DNA from: Patescibacteria group bacterium
GTDB lineage: Bacteria; Patescibacteriota; Microgenomatia; UBA12405
Reading direction: 5' to 3'
Assembly (NCBI GenBank): GCA_050943115.1
Contig: JBMNON010000005.1
Location: 369 to 64,368, forward strand
Length of the DNA stretch: 64,000 nucleotides
Positions 37,526-47,296 of the stretch are shown piece by piece. A model generated the notes under the pieces. That model was not told the origin of the DNA. It did not search any database and was given only the letters and a program-made list of their open reading frames with translations. The first letter of the stretch is position 1. Each line of letters starts with the position of its first letter. The translations under genes were made by a program, and so were the position numbers.

Positions 37526-37984
37526 TTATAGATTAAAAACTAATTTTGATGCGAAAGTGGCGGCAAGAAGAATAAAGACGGGGATAATAACTTTTTGGTA
37601 GTAAAATAGGACTTTTCCCTTATTTTTGTAGCGAATATAGCGGTCAATATAAGCTGCTAGGGCCACAGAAAAGAATCCAAGAGTAAGACCGAGGGTGGTC
37701 TTGTGAATACCAAAAGGAAGATCAAGAGCCATACCAAGCTGATCGGTGGCGGCAAAGTAGAATAAGGTAAAAACATAAAAAAGAAAAGAAAGGATGAGAG
37801 GATAACTAAGAAGTTTAATCTTAAATTTGGGAGCCAACCAGTAAGCGACGGCGGTGTTGAAGGCCGATATCCAAATGGCTATCAGCAAATCATCAATACC
37901 AAGTTTTTGAGCCAGGAACATACCGCCACCGACAGTAACGATACAAACAGGGCATTGGGCAAGGACGGGTTTTGCGAGAAACAT
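37526..37984 (-). CDS. small membrane protein with N-terminal CxxC (CPVC)
   Basis: 4 predicted TM helices; 'AQCPVCIVTVGGG' at N-terminus; adjacent to BlaI/CopY-type repressor. Confidence 0.3.
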   Translation of the reverse strand: MFLAKPVLAQCPVCIVTVGGGMFLAQKLGIDDLLIAIWISAFNTAVAYWLAPKFKIKLLSYPLILSFLFYVFTLFYFAATDQLGMALDLPFGIHKTTLGLTLGFFSVALAAYIDRYIRYKNKGKVLFYYQKVIIPVFILLAATFASKLVFNL

Positions 37985-37985
37985 A

Positions 37986-38351
37986 TTATTTAATTTTTAT
38001 ATTAATATTTGATTTTTGGGCACTTGCCAAAAAGCGGGTAACGGCCAGTTGCCCATAAGAATGGAACAGGCGACTGTATAAATCATCCAAACATTCAGTG
38101 GCAAAGGCGACCTTGTCAATTTTTGGACAATAAAAATAGACTTTTCCTTTGGGTTGGCGCTTGAGAATATCCTTGTCGGTCATCCTTTTTAGGACAGTCA
38201 TGACGGTAGTATAAGCATAGTGTTTTTCCAATTTGCGACGAACCTCAGAAGGTTTAAGAGGATTTGGCGATTCCCAGAGAATATCCATAATTTGTTGTTC
38301 TAAGGTTCCAAGAAGTTTGCATTTAGCAGTGCAATGACAATCGCATTTCAT
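37986..38351 (-). CDS. BlaI/MecI/CopY-family transcriptional repressor with Cys-rich N-terminal extension
   Basis: Winged-helix 'LEQQIMDILWESPNPLKPSEVRRKLEKHYAYTTVMTVLKRMTDKDILKR'; extra 'CDCHCTAKC' at N-terminus. Confidence 0.6.
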   Translation of the reverse strand: MKCDCHCTAKCKLLGTLEQQIMDILWESPNPLKPSEVRRKLEKHYAYTTVMTVLKRMTDKDILKRQPKGKVYFYCPKIDKVAFATECLDDLYSRLFHSYGQLAVTRFLASAQKSNINIKIK

Positions 38352-38409
38352 AAGGTTGATATTACTACATTTGTAACACTTTGGGAATAGGTGTCATATA
38401 ATTTAGGCA

Positions 38410-38943
38410 ATGACGGATGAAAAAATTGTATCAAAGATCCAGAAAGGGAACATTGCAGACTACAAAACAATAATGGAGCGATACGAGAAGCAACTTTTTG
38501 TATATATTGTCCGATTGATAAATAGGAATGATGAAGAGGCGGAGGAATTATTGGAAGAAGTATTTATCAATAGTTATGAAAAAATTCAAAGCTTTGATTG
38601 CAGAAAGAAGTTTTCAACGTGGATTTATCGAATAGCCCACAATAAGGCGGTAGACTATATTAGAGCCAGTAAAAGAAGGAGGTGGGGAGATGTTTTGGAA
38701 AAAGAAGAATTTTGGGCAGAAGAAGGCAGCTTGATCGAGGATTTGGAAATTGAAAAAGAGGAAAGAAGGAGGGTACGCAAGTCAGTTTTAGACTTAGAAC
38801 AAAAATATAGAGAAGTAATTTGGCTCTATTACTTTGAAAATAAAAGCTATGAAGAAATGTCGGATATTCTTCATAAAACGACAAGTAATATCGGAGTTCT
38901 TCTTCATAGAGCTAAAATAATGTTAAAAAATAAACTAGAATGA
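38410..38943 (+). CDS. ECF-type sigma-70 factor
   Basis: Region 2 'FSTWIYRIAHNKAVDYIR', region 4 'YREVIWLYYFENKSYEEMSDILHKTTSNIGVLLHRAK'. Confidence 0.75.
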   Translation: MTDEKIVSKIQKGNIADYKTIMERYEKQLFVYIVRLINRNDEEAEELLEEVFINSYEKIQSFDCRKKFSTWIYRIAHNKAVDYIRASKRRRWGDVLEKEEFWAEEGSLIEDLEIEKEERRRVRKSVLDLEQKYREVIWLYYFENKSYEEMSDILHKTTSNIGVLLHRAKIMLKNKLE

Positions 38944-39368
38944 TGACAAAAATTAAACATACGGTATTAAAAAAAATTAAAAGCGGTCAGATTAAAATGA
39001 AAGCAAGGTGGAAATTTGATGTGGAAAGATCAAGTATATATGGATTGTTGACAGTGTCAATCCTAGCATTAGGAATAATACTAAACGGAGTTGTGTACAC
39101 AACATTATTAAAAAACCCAATGGAGCTTTGGGAATATGGCGAGGTGGGACGGGTAATTTTTTGGTCCGGACTTCCCTATTGGTGGATGTTGGGAATCGGC
39201 TTATTAGTTGCCAGTTTAATTGGAGCAACGACTAGAACCGGTGAAAACTATAAAAGGGGGTTGAAAAAAGTTAGCCTGTTAACAGGACTACTAATAATGG
39301 CGGCAAGCATCGCCGCGTTTTTAGTGTTGAAACAATTTGAGCTTGAAGTGCTTCTGTGGTTTACCTAA
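38940..39368 (+). CDS. putative membrane anti-sigma factor
   Basis: ATGA overlap with ECF sigma gene; 142 aa with 3 TM helices; inference from synteny only. Confidence 0.35.
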   Translation: MMTKIKHTVLKKIKSGQIKMKARWKFDVERSSIYGLLTVSILALGIILNGVVYTTLLKNPMELWEYGEVGRVIFWSGLPYWWMLGIGLLVASLIGATTRTGENYKRGLKKVSLLTGLLIMAASIAAFLVLKQFELEVLLWFT

Positions 39369-39642
39369 GTTGTTTTTCCAGTTCGGAGAAATCATCTTCA
39401 AAAGAGTCTTCCTCTAAATTTTCTAAAATATCCAACAGCTGTTCATCGGATTGAACCTTGTCAAGGGAACTGGTCGGACTCGGACTAGACTGGTTAGTTT
39501 GAGCCGATGAACCAGCCTGGTTGGGCTGAAAAGATTCGGTTTTGGAGGTAGAAGCCGCACCAGAATTAGTATTGGGATTCGAACAAGCTGCAAATAGAAA
39601 AGGTGAAACTGCTAAAAAGGCAAATGTCAGTAAGTGTTTCAT
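39361..39642 (-). CDS. small secreted acidic protein
   Basis: Signal peptide with lipobox-like 'LFAAC', Ser/Asn-rich, acidic C-terminus. Confidence 0.3.
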   Translation of the reverse strand: MKHLLTFAFLAVSPFLFAACSNPNTNSGAASTSKTESFQPNQAGSSAQTNQSSPSPTSSLDKVQSDEQLLDILENLEEDSFEDDFSELEKQLR

Positions 39643-39688
39643 AAAATATTACAACAAGGCTGCCTCCATTTTTGGAGGCAGCTAACAA

Positions 39689-40330
39689 TTAATCTTGGAC
39701 TCTAACCATTAACCTAACAGCTTCTATTTGAACTTGACGAATCTGTTTTATATCTCCTTTGATAGTGTTGGCTGACTGCCTGAGTGAGGAGATCAGAGAA
39801 ATAGGGTTGTTTGAATCCAAAACATCATCTAAAAGGGCATCGAAGTCAATGAGATGATTGCGGTAAGTGGCTTCGTATGTCGCAAGGGTAGCGAGTTTGG
39901 CTTCGACACCGGCCATGTCCAGCCCTGCGGATTTCTTTTCGGAAATACGGGACTGAATCTTTTGCTTAATTTCCTGAAGGTTTTGATAACGCTTTTCCAG
40001 ATCTGATTTAATTTTGGAATGGATTCTAGTGACAATGTTAACTTTTAATTCCGAAAGGACTCCCCTCTTTTGTTCCTGGATTTCCTCCCGTTTCTGAGTA
40101 ATAGTGCCACGAAGCTCTCCAGCCTGTTGCCGAATTTCATTTTGAACCTCCTGACGTTCTTGTTTTAACTCATCTTTCGACTGCTGGTACTGTTCATTGA
40201 GCTGTTGACGGGTTTGAACCGGGCTAATTGTAGGTATTAATGAGGGTGCCGGGGTTGAAGCCTGACCTAAGGCTGGAGAAGCGGAAAACAACAGCAATAG
40301 AGTAAGAATCATTAGTGTTTGTTTTTTCAT
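39689..40330 (-). CDS. secreted coiled-coil protein
   Basis: Signal peptide then Gln/Glu/Lys-rich heptad-like sequence. Confidence 0.3.
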   Translation of the reverse strand: MKKQTLMILTLLLLFSASPALGQASTPAPSLIPTISPVQTRQQLNEQYQQSKDELKQERQEVQNEIRQQAGELRGTITQKREEIQEQKRGVLSELKVNIVTRIHSKIKSDLEKRYQNLQEIKQKIQSRISEKKSAGLDMAGVEAKLATLATYEATYRNHLIDFDALLDDVLDSNNPISLISSLRQSANTIKGDIKQIRQVQIEAVRLMVRVQD

Positions 40331-40380
40331 TTAGAGAAAAATTGTTAACTTATTAATAATACGAGGTTAAGGCTTGATTA

Positions 40381-41232
40381 TTACAGTTTTTGGCATACAG
40401 GACAGAAAAAGGAAGAGCGTCCGTTAATTTTTTGCCTCTTTATGGGAGTTTGGCAACGAGGACAAGGTTCGTTTTCCTTTTGATAGACCCGAAAGTGGTA
40501 TTGGTGAGAACCATAAGAACCATCGGGGCGAATATACTTATTGTCCCGGGCGGTAGAACCACCATGGTCGATTGATTCCCTAATGAGCAGGAGAATGTTT
40601 GAGTGAAGTTTTTTAGCTTCATTAAGGGAGACTTGATTGGACGGAGTAAGAGGATGAATATGAGAAAGAAAAAGAGCGTCATTGGCATAAATATTGCCAA
40701 TACCGGCGAACTTGGTTTGATCTAATAAAACGGTTTTTACGGGTCTGGTAGATGTTTGTAGCTGATTATAAAAATACTTCGGAGTAAACTTTGGATCAAG
40801 AAGATCGAATCCCAAGGACTGTTGTTCCCGATGAAGATCGCTTTGAGTCAGAAGTTTGATCCAGCCAAATTTACGCTGATCGTTAAAAAAGATTTTTGAA
40901 GCATCAGAGAAAGTAAATATAACCCTGGTGGATTTGTTAGGCAAAGGCGCTTGATTGAGATTGGGTGTAGGATGGCCAAGAATAGTCTTGCTTTGGTGAA
41001 GATACACCAGTTGGCCAGTCATTTTGAAATGGAAGAGTAAAACGAGATTATCAGAAAGATGAAGAGTGAGATGCTTACCAATCCGTGAAATGGAGATAAT
41101 AGACCTGCCTATTAATTTTTGCGGATCTCCCCAAAAAGATTTGGAATTAAGAATCTTGACATCGGTAAAACTTAAACCAATTTGGTGGAGCAGAAATCGG
41201 CGTATAACCTCTACTTCCGGTAATTCAGGCAT
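40381..41232 (-). CDS. mutM: formamidopyrimidine-DNA glycosylase (Fpg/Nei family)
   Basis: N-terminal 'MPELPEVEVIRR', H2TH region, C-terminal zinc finger 'CPRCQTPIKRQKINGRSSFFCPVCQ'. Confidence 0.8.
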   Translation of the reverse strand: MPELPEVEVIRRFLLHQIGLSFTDVKILNSKSFWGDPQKLIGRSIISISRIGKHLTLHLSDNLVLLFHFKMTGQLVYLHQSKTILGHPTPNLNQAPLPNKSTRVIFTFSDASKIFFNDQRKFGWIKLLTQSDLHREQQSLGFDLLDPKFTPKYFYNQLQTSTRPVKTVLLDQTKFAGIGNIYANDALFLSHIHPLTPSNQVSLNEAKKLHSNILLLIRESIDHGGSTARDNKYIRPDGSYGSHQYHFRVYQKENEPCPRCQTPIKRQKINGRSSFFCPVCQKL

Positions 41233-41239
41233 AAATTAA

Positions 41240-42163
41240 TTATCTCATGAAGTCATTAAGGCCAACCGACATGAGGTATTTGCTATCGGCTAACCGACTA
41301 AGGGCAACTTTGGTGTCAGCCAAACGGTCTTTAACACTACTAAGATTATTTAGAAAGACTTGTGTAGAGGTGACATAACCCATGATAAGGACAAGGTCAG
41401 AAATTTGTTTTTGGTCAGACTGGACCTGGTGGATTAAGTAAAAAAGAATGATGGTATAAAAACTGACAGCGATATTTTGGAGAGAAAACCATTCGACAAA
41501 ACCCCAACGACAAAGTTTCTTAAAATGATTAGTAAACTCCAAAGATTCTTTTTTAATCCGATTAGAATCCTGAAGTTTGGCGTAATATACTTCTGTTTTT
41601 TGATTCTGGACATCCTTCAGTTTGGTATATTTTTCTGTGGTGTAGACATCGACAAAGTAATAAGTGACGATATAGGCAATTTCCAAAATAAAAATCCTAA
41701 TATCGATAAATAAGAGGATGGTGGGAACAACGGCAAAAGAAACAACGGCATCAATTCCAGGTTGGCGAATTAGTTCAAGGGTGGTTCTAACAGCTTCACC
41801 AAAATTGCGAATGGCCTGAACAACTTCATGGCGGATTTTTTTATTGTAGGTTTTAAGACCAATAATCATGAACTGGTGAATACCAAGTTCAGTTTGGCTA
41901 ATTATGCTATTAAGACTATGAATAGAAAGGAGTCGACTTAGATTGTCGAAGATAAAAACGGAAATTATGGCAGTTATCAAAAGATAAATCTGATCGAGAC
42001 TGGCGCCAGTTTCGAGATATTTTATTACCCGGGAGTAAAGATAGATCGAGAGCATGGGGAAAAGAGCAGAAATGAAGCGAATAAGAACCCAAAAGAAAAA
42101 GCTATTTTTATGGCAAACCAATTTTAGAATGAAACGAATTATTTCTCTGGTTTCGCGGGTCAT
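41240..42163 (-). CDS. ABC-exporter-type transmembrane domain protein lacking an ATPase domain
   Basis: 307 aa, 6 predicted TM helices in ABC_membrane-like arrangement; no Walker motifs; no ABC NBD gene adjacent. Confidence 0.3.
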   Translation of the reverse strand: MTRETREIIRFILKLVCHKNSFFFWVLIRFISALFPMLSIYLYSRVIKYLETGASLDQIYLLITAIISVFIFDNLSRLLSIHSLNSIISQTELGIHQFMIIGLKTYNKKIRHEVVQAIRNFGEAVRTTLELIRQPGIDAVVSFAVVPTILLFIDIRIFILEIAYIVTYYFVDVYTTEKYTKLKDVQNQKTEVYYAKLQDSNRIKKESLEFTNHFKKLCRWGFVEWFSLQNIAVSFYTIILFYLIHQVQSDQKQISDLVLIMGYVTSTQVFLNNLSSVKDRLADTKVALSRLADSKYLMSVGLNDFMR

Positions 42164-42228
42164 AGGATTTTTTGTATGATTAATGATATATGATTTGGAA
42201 AAGACTTTTAAAGTGAGATAATTGGACT

Positions 42229-43182
42229 ATGCAAAGCAAAATAATATATGACACAGTTATTATCGGATCCGGTCCAGCAGGACTAACAGCGTCTATATAC
42301 AATGCCAGGGCTGACATAAAAACCATAGTGGTAGCCGGATACCAGCCAGGAGGGCAGCTTACGATAACAACAGTAGTGGAAAACTTTCCCGGCTTTGTGA
42401 ATGGTATTGGTGGGGTGAAACTTATGATGGACATGCAAGAGCAAGCAAAAAGACTTGGGGTGGAGTTTACCAACGGTTTGGTTGATGAGGTGAGAAAGGA
42501 AGGAAAAGAGTTTGTCACTAAATTAAAAGACGGACGGGAATTAAGATCAAGAGCAGTGATTGTGGCAACAGGAGCCAAGGCAAGGTGGCTGGGAATAGAG
42601 AATGAAGACAGGTTAATTGGGCGAGGGATTAGCGGATGTGCTACCTGCGATGGAGCTTTTTTCCGGGATAAGCGAGTGGCGGTGGTGGGTGGTGGAAACG
42701 CAGCAGTGGAAGAGGCCAGTTTCTTAACAAAATTTGCCAAGAAAGTTTATTTAATACACCGAAGAGACCAGTTAAGGGCCAGTGCCATAGAAAGAAAAAG
42801 AGTGGAAAACAATCCAAAAATTGAAATATGGTGGAATACTGAAGTAAAAGAATTAATCGGGCAAGAAAAGCTGGAGAGGATAAGGGTTGAGAACAACATA
42901 AGCGGAAAGATAAAGGAAGTACCAATGGATGGTATGTTTGTGGCCATAGGGCATCTACCGGCAACAGATTTTGTGAAGGAATTGGTGGATTTAACAGAAA
43001 CCGGACACATTATTACCGGTGAAGACAGGCGGTTTAGAACAATGTCCAGTAGAGCCGGGATATTTGCTGCGGGCGACTGTGCTGATTCCATATATCGACA
43101 AGCGGTGGTAGCCGCCGGAGAAGGGGCCAAGGCTGCTTTGGATGCAGAAAGATGGATAGGAGAACAGGTAATGCAGGGATAA
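42229..43182 (+). CDS. trxB: thioredoxin reductase
   Basis: FAD motif 'VIIGSGPAGLTASIY', redox 'CATCDGAFF', NADPH motif 'VVGGGNAAVEEA'. Confidence 0.85.
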   Translation: MQSKIIYDTVIIGSGPAGLTASIYNARADIKTIVVAGYQPGGQLTITTVVENFPGFVNGIGGVKLMMDMQEQAKRLGVEFTNGLVDEVRKEGKEFVTKLKDGRELRSRAVIVATGAKARWLGIENEDRLIGRGISGCATCDGAFFRDKRVAVVGGGNAAVEEASFLTKFAKKVYLIHRRDQLRASAIERKRVENNPKIEIWWNTEVKELIGQEKLERIRVENNISGKIKEVPMDGMFVAIGHLPATDFVKELVDLTETGHIITGEDRRFRTMSSRAGIFAAGDCADSIYRQAVVAAGEGAKAALDAERWIGEQVMQG

Positions 43183-43186
43183 GCAG

Positions 43187-43792
43187 TTATTTAAAAAGAA
43201 TGAGGGTAAAGTCGAGCGGATCATAGTGTTGCTTGAAAATAATATTGGAAGTCAAGTTAAGACAATAATTGAAGATATCGCAAGAATCAACGTAGTAGAC
43301 CCTGGAATATTTGCTGTTGTTTGGCTGAGGATGGTAGCCTGCCATATTAAAAGCCAGGGCGTATGAAGTATGATCAAACATAGTTTTAATATATTGCTGA
43401 CGATAAGTCAGGGTGTTAACACCCTGGTTGTAATTAAGACAGCCTGAAGCAACAACAACATCAAAGACAGTATCGAGAGGGTTTTCAAAATAATTTAATT
43501 CAAGGAATCGATAATTAGGATAATTTTTTTGTGCTTGAGAAATAAATTCAGGAACAATATCAACTCCGAGATAGGAAAATTTTTCAGTTTGGCTTTTTAT
43601 GACATCAACAAAACTGCCCAGGCCTGATCCTACATCAAGCACAGATTTGTTTTTAAAATCAAGAGAGTCGATCATCTGAACAAAACGAACATCCATGGAA
43701 TGCCGACTTGTCCACTGGAGGGACTTGGGGTTGTTACCATACTGCTGGTAAGCGCGCTGATAGTCTTTTTTACGATCGTCAAAGGTATACAT
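43187..43792 (-). CDS. class I SAM-dependent methyltransferase
   Basis: Motif I 'VLDVGSGLGSF', motif post-I 'YLGVDI', 'VVVASGCLN'. Confidence 0.55.
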   Translation of the reverse strand: MYTFDDRKKDYQRAYQQYGNNPKSLQWTSRHSMDVRFVQMIDSLDFKNKSVLDVGSGLGSFVDVIKSQTEKFSYLGVDIVPEFISQAQKNYPNYRFLELNYFENPLDTVFDVVVASGCLNYNQGVNTLTYRQQYIKTMFDHTSYALAFNMAGYHPQPNNSKYSRVYYVDSCDIFNYCLNLTSNIIFKQHYDPLDFTLILFK

Positions 43793-43937
43793 GGAAAGGA
43801 TGGGATTATATTTAGTAATTATACCTATGCAGGTGTTCTAAGGCAAGATTTGATGTGTTAAAGCACTAGCTACTACATCGCAAAAGCTAAAAATGGCCGC
43901 GACCAAGCAGTGAAGATACCTATAAACATCGTTTGAG

Positions 43938-44204
43938 TTAAGAGTTTTTCTTTGACCAGGACTTTAAGGTATCAAGCCGCTGCCCATTATCCCCATGCTC
44001 TTTATCAAAAGCAAACGATTTTAGGAGTTGACAGGGAAAGTCAGGACAAAAGCCGCAGTGAGGCAGATTACGACTGATACAACAAAGGGCAACACGGCAT
44101 GCTCCGTGAAAAGGCTGACCGCGACTAGCAAGGCATCCTGGGCAGCCAGTTTTATCTTTATAAGAACAATCAGAACAGGTGAGACCACAGTAAGATTGGA
44201 TCAT
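43938..44204 (-). CDS. DUF3795-family Cys-rich protein
   Basis: 'YCGLTCSDCSY...CPGC...GACRVALCCISRNLPHCGFCPDFPCQLL' canonical DUF3795 Cys spacing; paralog of 11026-11439. Confidence 0.5.
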   Translation of the reverse strand: MIQSYCGLTCSDCSYKDKTGCPGCLASRGQPFHGACRVALCCISRNLPHCGFCPDFPCQLLKSFAFDKEHGDNGQRLDTLKSWSKKNS

Positions 44205-45370
44205 ATGGTTTTTTGGGGTTGAGGATACTGTTTAATTGAGTTATTAACAAGATCGGAAATCTGCTGACTAAAAAACTTAGTGGAAAAAAGAGCAGCGCGG
44301 GAAAAGCAGTTCTGGGGAGAAATTTCTGTATGATTTAGGCGTTTTATAGCTTCAGCACACGACGCTGAAGATAACTGATTAAAGAATATGCCGGTTCGAC
44401 CGTCGATAACAGTTTCAGCAACTCCCCCACTTTTGTAAGCAACAACGGGGCAACCATATGCCATGGACTCAACGGGGATAATGCCGAAATCTTCATTGTC
44501 GGAGCAAAAAATAAAGGCTTTGGCGTTCCGGTAAAGATCAGCTTTTTGTTGGTCAGTAACTTCACCCAAAAACTCAACTGTAGGACCCGCCAGGGCTTCA
44601 AGTTCTGACTGAAATCCGGCAAAATCCCGACCAAATACTTTAAGAGGGGCACGAAGCAAGTTACAAGCTTGAATAGCAACATCGTAACGTTTTGCCCGAG
44701 CTAAGCGACCACCAGTTAAATAATAAGGTTTTGTTGAAGGAGTATTAGAAGGTCGAGGTACGAGTGAAGATGGCAGCTTTACTGGTGGATTAATGATCAG
44801 GGCTTGTTTACGATAAAATTTTTGAATACGAAGAGCGGTGGTTTTTGAGTTGGCAATAAACTGATCAACATTTTGGGCAGAACGAAAATCAAGCAAACGG
44901 AGGAAGTGGTTGGCCAGTTTCATTAAAATAAAGACCAGTCGGTTTCGGGTAAAATTACGGGCGGTAGGAAGACCGTAAAGATAGCGAGGAGGAGTGTGAC
45001 AATAACAAATTAGTTGAGCTTGTTTTTTGTTCAAGGAATTGGGAAAATAGGCACCGGTGGCAGAAGTAATAATAAGATCAAAGCCGGAAAAATCAAAAGA
45101 TTTGAAGGCTAGATGAGAAAAAAGCCGTAGTGGACTGATGAGTCTGGAGGCAAAAGGAATAAGGCGGAAAAAGCTTTGGTGAATGCGGCCCTGCCATTTT
45201 TTTTCCAAACGAGATCGATGCGGGCCCAAGTACTTAGGGGTGTAAAGAGTGGTATAAATTGGAGCGTCAGGGAAGATGTCAGAAAGAACCTCAAGAACCG
45301 ACTCTGCCCCACCAAACTCTTTGAGGTAATCATGGACAAGAGCTATTTTTAGTTTTGGTTTTACAGGCAT
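44201..45370 (-). CDS. GT4-family glycosyltransferase
   Basis: 'EDFGIIPVESMAYGCPVVAYKSGGVAETV' EX7E-type GT4 motif; start set at internal Met (MPVKPKLKIALVHDY) to avoid 74-nt overlap. Confidence 0.7.
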   Translation of the reverse strand: MPVKPKLKIALVHDYLKEFGGAESVLEVLSDIFPDAPIYTTLYTPKYLGPHRSRLEKKWQGRIHQSFFRLIPFASRLISPLRLFSHLAFKSFDFSGFDLIITSATGAYFPNSLNKKQAQLICYCHTPPRYLYGLPTARNFTRNRLVFILMKLANHFLRLLDFRSAQNVDQFIANSKTTALRIQKFYRKQALIINPPVKLPSSLVPRPSNTPSTKPYYLTGGRLARAKRYDVAIQACNLLRAPLKVFGRDFAGFQSELEALAGPTVEFLGEVTDQQKADLYRNAKAFIFCSDNEDFGIIPVESMAYGCPVVAYKSGGVAETVIDGRTGIFFNQLSSASCAEAIKRLNHTEISPQNCFSRAALFSTKFFSQQISDLVNNSIKQYPQPQKTI

Positions 45371-45371
45371 G

Positions 45372-46286
45372 TTAAAAAAGAGACTTTTGATTTGAACTAT
45401 TAGATTTATAGAATTCTTTAGGGAAAATTTTTTTAAGACGGGCAAGGAGGGATTTAAAGTTGTAAAACTTAAATATCGACTCCAATCCTCTGATTTGGTT
45501 TTTAGTAATCCTATAGTTTCTTAACCTAATATCAAGAGGGATGTTATTGATAAGGGTGGCGAGTTTTTGGGAAAGATAAGCATTGTCTTTTTCGGCTTCC
45601 AGTTTTTGAGCCAGAGACGGCTTGAGACTGCCAAGATTGGCATATATGTTATCAAGGGTATGGTACTGAACCAAGAGATCGGAAGCGGTTTTAGGACCAA
45701 TGCCGGCTACCCCGGGATAATTATCAGACATATCCCCCATCAGAGCTTTCAAATCGACAACCTGACCAGGAACAACACCAAGTTTGTCCTTAACGAAAGA
45801 AGGGTTAATTTCCTGTGTTTGAGACAGACCACGAAGCGGCATAATCAGATGCGTTTTATTATCCACCAACTGCATTAAATCCTTGTCTCCGGTAACTATT
45901 AGAACTTTATCGAGTTTGGCCTTAGGAGATAATTTTTGGGTAGCGGTAGCAATGAGATCATCGGCTTCAAAACCACCCATCGATAAATTGGGAATAGAGG
46001 CATCTACCAGAGAGCTTTTGAGCAAGGGAAGTTGGGCTATAAGGCTTTGATCAGGAATTTTCCTCTTGGCGCGATACCCAATAAACTCCTGACTCCTAAA
46101 GGTAGGGCCGGGAGAATCAAGACAAACAAGTAAATACTTGGGGCTGAGAGTATCCAGAGCTGCTAAAAGCATTGAATAAAAACCATAAATAGCATTTACA
46201 GGCTGACCATTTGAAGTCAGCGGAGGCATGGAATAATAGGCGCGGTGGATTATGGCATGACCATCAATGATTAGAAGCCGAGACAT
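45372..46286 (-). CDS. 5'-3' exonuclease / flap endonuclease (Pol I N-terminal domain-like, standalone)
   Basis: 'LLIIDGHAIIHRAYYS', 'FEADDLIAT', 'VTGDKDLMQLV', 'GVAGIGPKTA' (H3TH). Confidence 0.8.
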   Translation of the reverse strand: MSRLLIIDGHAIIHRAYYSMPPLTSNGQPVNAIYGFYSMLLAALDTLSPKYLLVCLDSPGPTFRSQEFIGYRAKRKIPDQSLIAQLPLLKSSLVDASIPNLSMGGFEADDLIATATQKLSPKAKLDKVLIVTGDKDLMQLVDNKTHLIMPLRGLSQTQEINPSFVKDKLGVVPGQVVDLKALMGDMSDNYPGVAGIGPKTASDLLVQYHTLDNIYANLGSLKPSLAQKLEAEKDNAYLSQKLATLINNIPLDIRLRNYRITKNQIRGLESIFKFYNFKSLLARLKKIFPKEFYKSNSSNQKSLF

Positions 46287-46346
46287 GACATATTATAGTT
46301 GAAAATTGAAATAAAAAATTTGGGCTTAAATTGCTAAAATTAGAAG

Positions 46347-47264
46347 ATGGAACAGCATCCGATTCCTCAGCAAATATCCTCCTATGAATTTAAATTAGTG
46401 GGAGAAATGACGTTAAAGCAGTTTTTTAAAGCTGCGATAGGACTGATAGCGGCGCTTCTAGTTAATGCGACCGGAGTAGTGTTTTTTATTAAATGGCCCT
46501 TAATGATTTTATTTGGAGGAGGAGGGCTATTATTGGCTTTTGTCCCATACGAAGACAGACCGCTGGAAACCTGGCTAATGGCATTTATTAAATCTGTATA
46601 CGCCCCCACAATATATATTTATAGAAAAAAGACCGCTATAAAGCCGGCGACAACGGAGCCAGAACAAAAAAAGGAGGAAAAAGTAAAACCCGAAGAGGAA
46701 GATGGTGAGGTAATTGTAAAAAAGGATAAGAAAAAAGTCGGTGAATTTATCATGTCACTACCATCAGTCAAAAGAGAAAAGAAAGAGACTGAAAGCGAAG
46801 AAGAACCAGTGAAAGCTAAGATGATTGAACTTAAAGAAGACAAAAAAAAGAGTGCCGGAAAGACAGAAAAGACAAAAGAAGAAGCCGTAAAGAGTAACAA
46901 TGAAGAATGGCGTGATCAAAAATCAAACTTAAACCTACAAAGAAGGAAACTTGAGGCAACTGGAGAAGCATCCTTTGGTGAGATTCCCATGCCCGATATT
47001 CCAGAGATCCCAAACGTACTAGTGGGAATGGCTACCGATATTGAGGGAAAGATTGCTGAAGGGGCAATTGTGGAAATACAGGATGATTTAGGCAACCCAA
47101 GCCGGGTACTAAAAACTAATTCCCTGGGGCAGTTTAAAACTTCAACACCATTGGCAAACGGAAGGTACTTAATTATTACAGAAAAAGAAGGCCATAATTT
47201 TGATAGGGTTAATGTGGAGTTGAAGGGGGAAATTGTCCAACCAATTAAAATTATCAGCAAGTAA
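46347..47264 (+). CDS. PrgI/VirB3-like small membrane protein with K/E-rich linker and C-terminal beta domain (T4SS-associated)
   Basis: N-terminal two TM helices 'LIAALLVNATGVVFFIKWPLMILFGGGGLLLAFVPY' preceding VirB4 gene as in Gram-positive conjugative systems; remainder low complexity. Confidence 0.35.
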   Translation: MEQHPIPQQISSYEFKLVGEMTLKQFFKAAIGLIAALLVNATGVVFFIKWPLMILFGGGGLLLAFVPYEDRPLETWLMAFIKSVYAPTIYIYRKKTAIKPATTEPEQKKEEKVKPEEEDGEVIVKKDKKKVGEFIMSLPSVKREKKETESEEEPVKAKMIELKEDKKKSAGKTEKTKEEAVKSNNEEWRDQKSNLNLQRRKLEATGEASFGEIPMPDIPEIPNVLVGMATDIEGKIAEGAIVEIQDDLGNPSRVLKTNSLGQFKTSTPLANGRYLIITEKEGHNFDRVNVELKGEIVQPIKIISK

Positions 47265-47296
47265 TCCAGAGTAATTTTGGGTTATCATATTACTAT

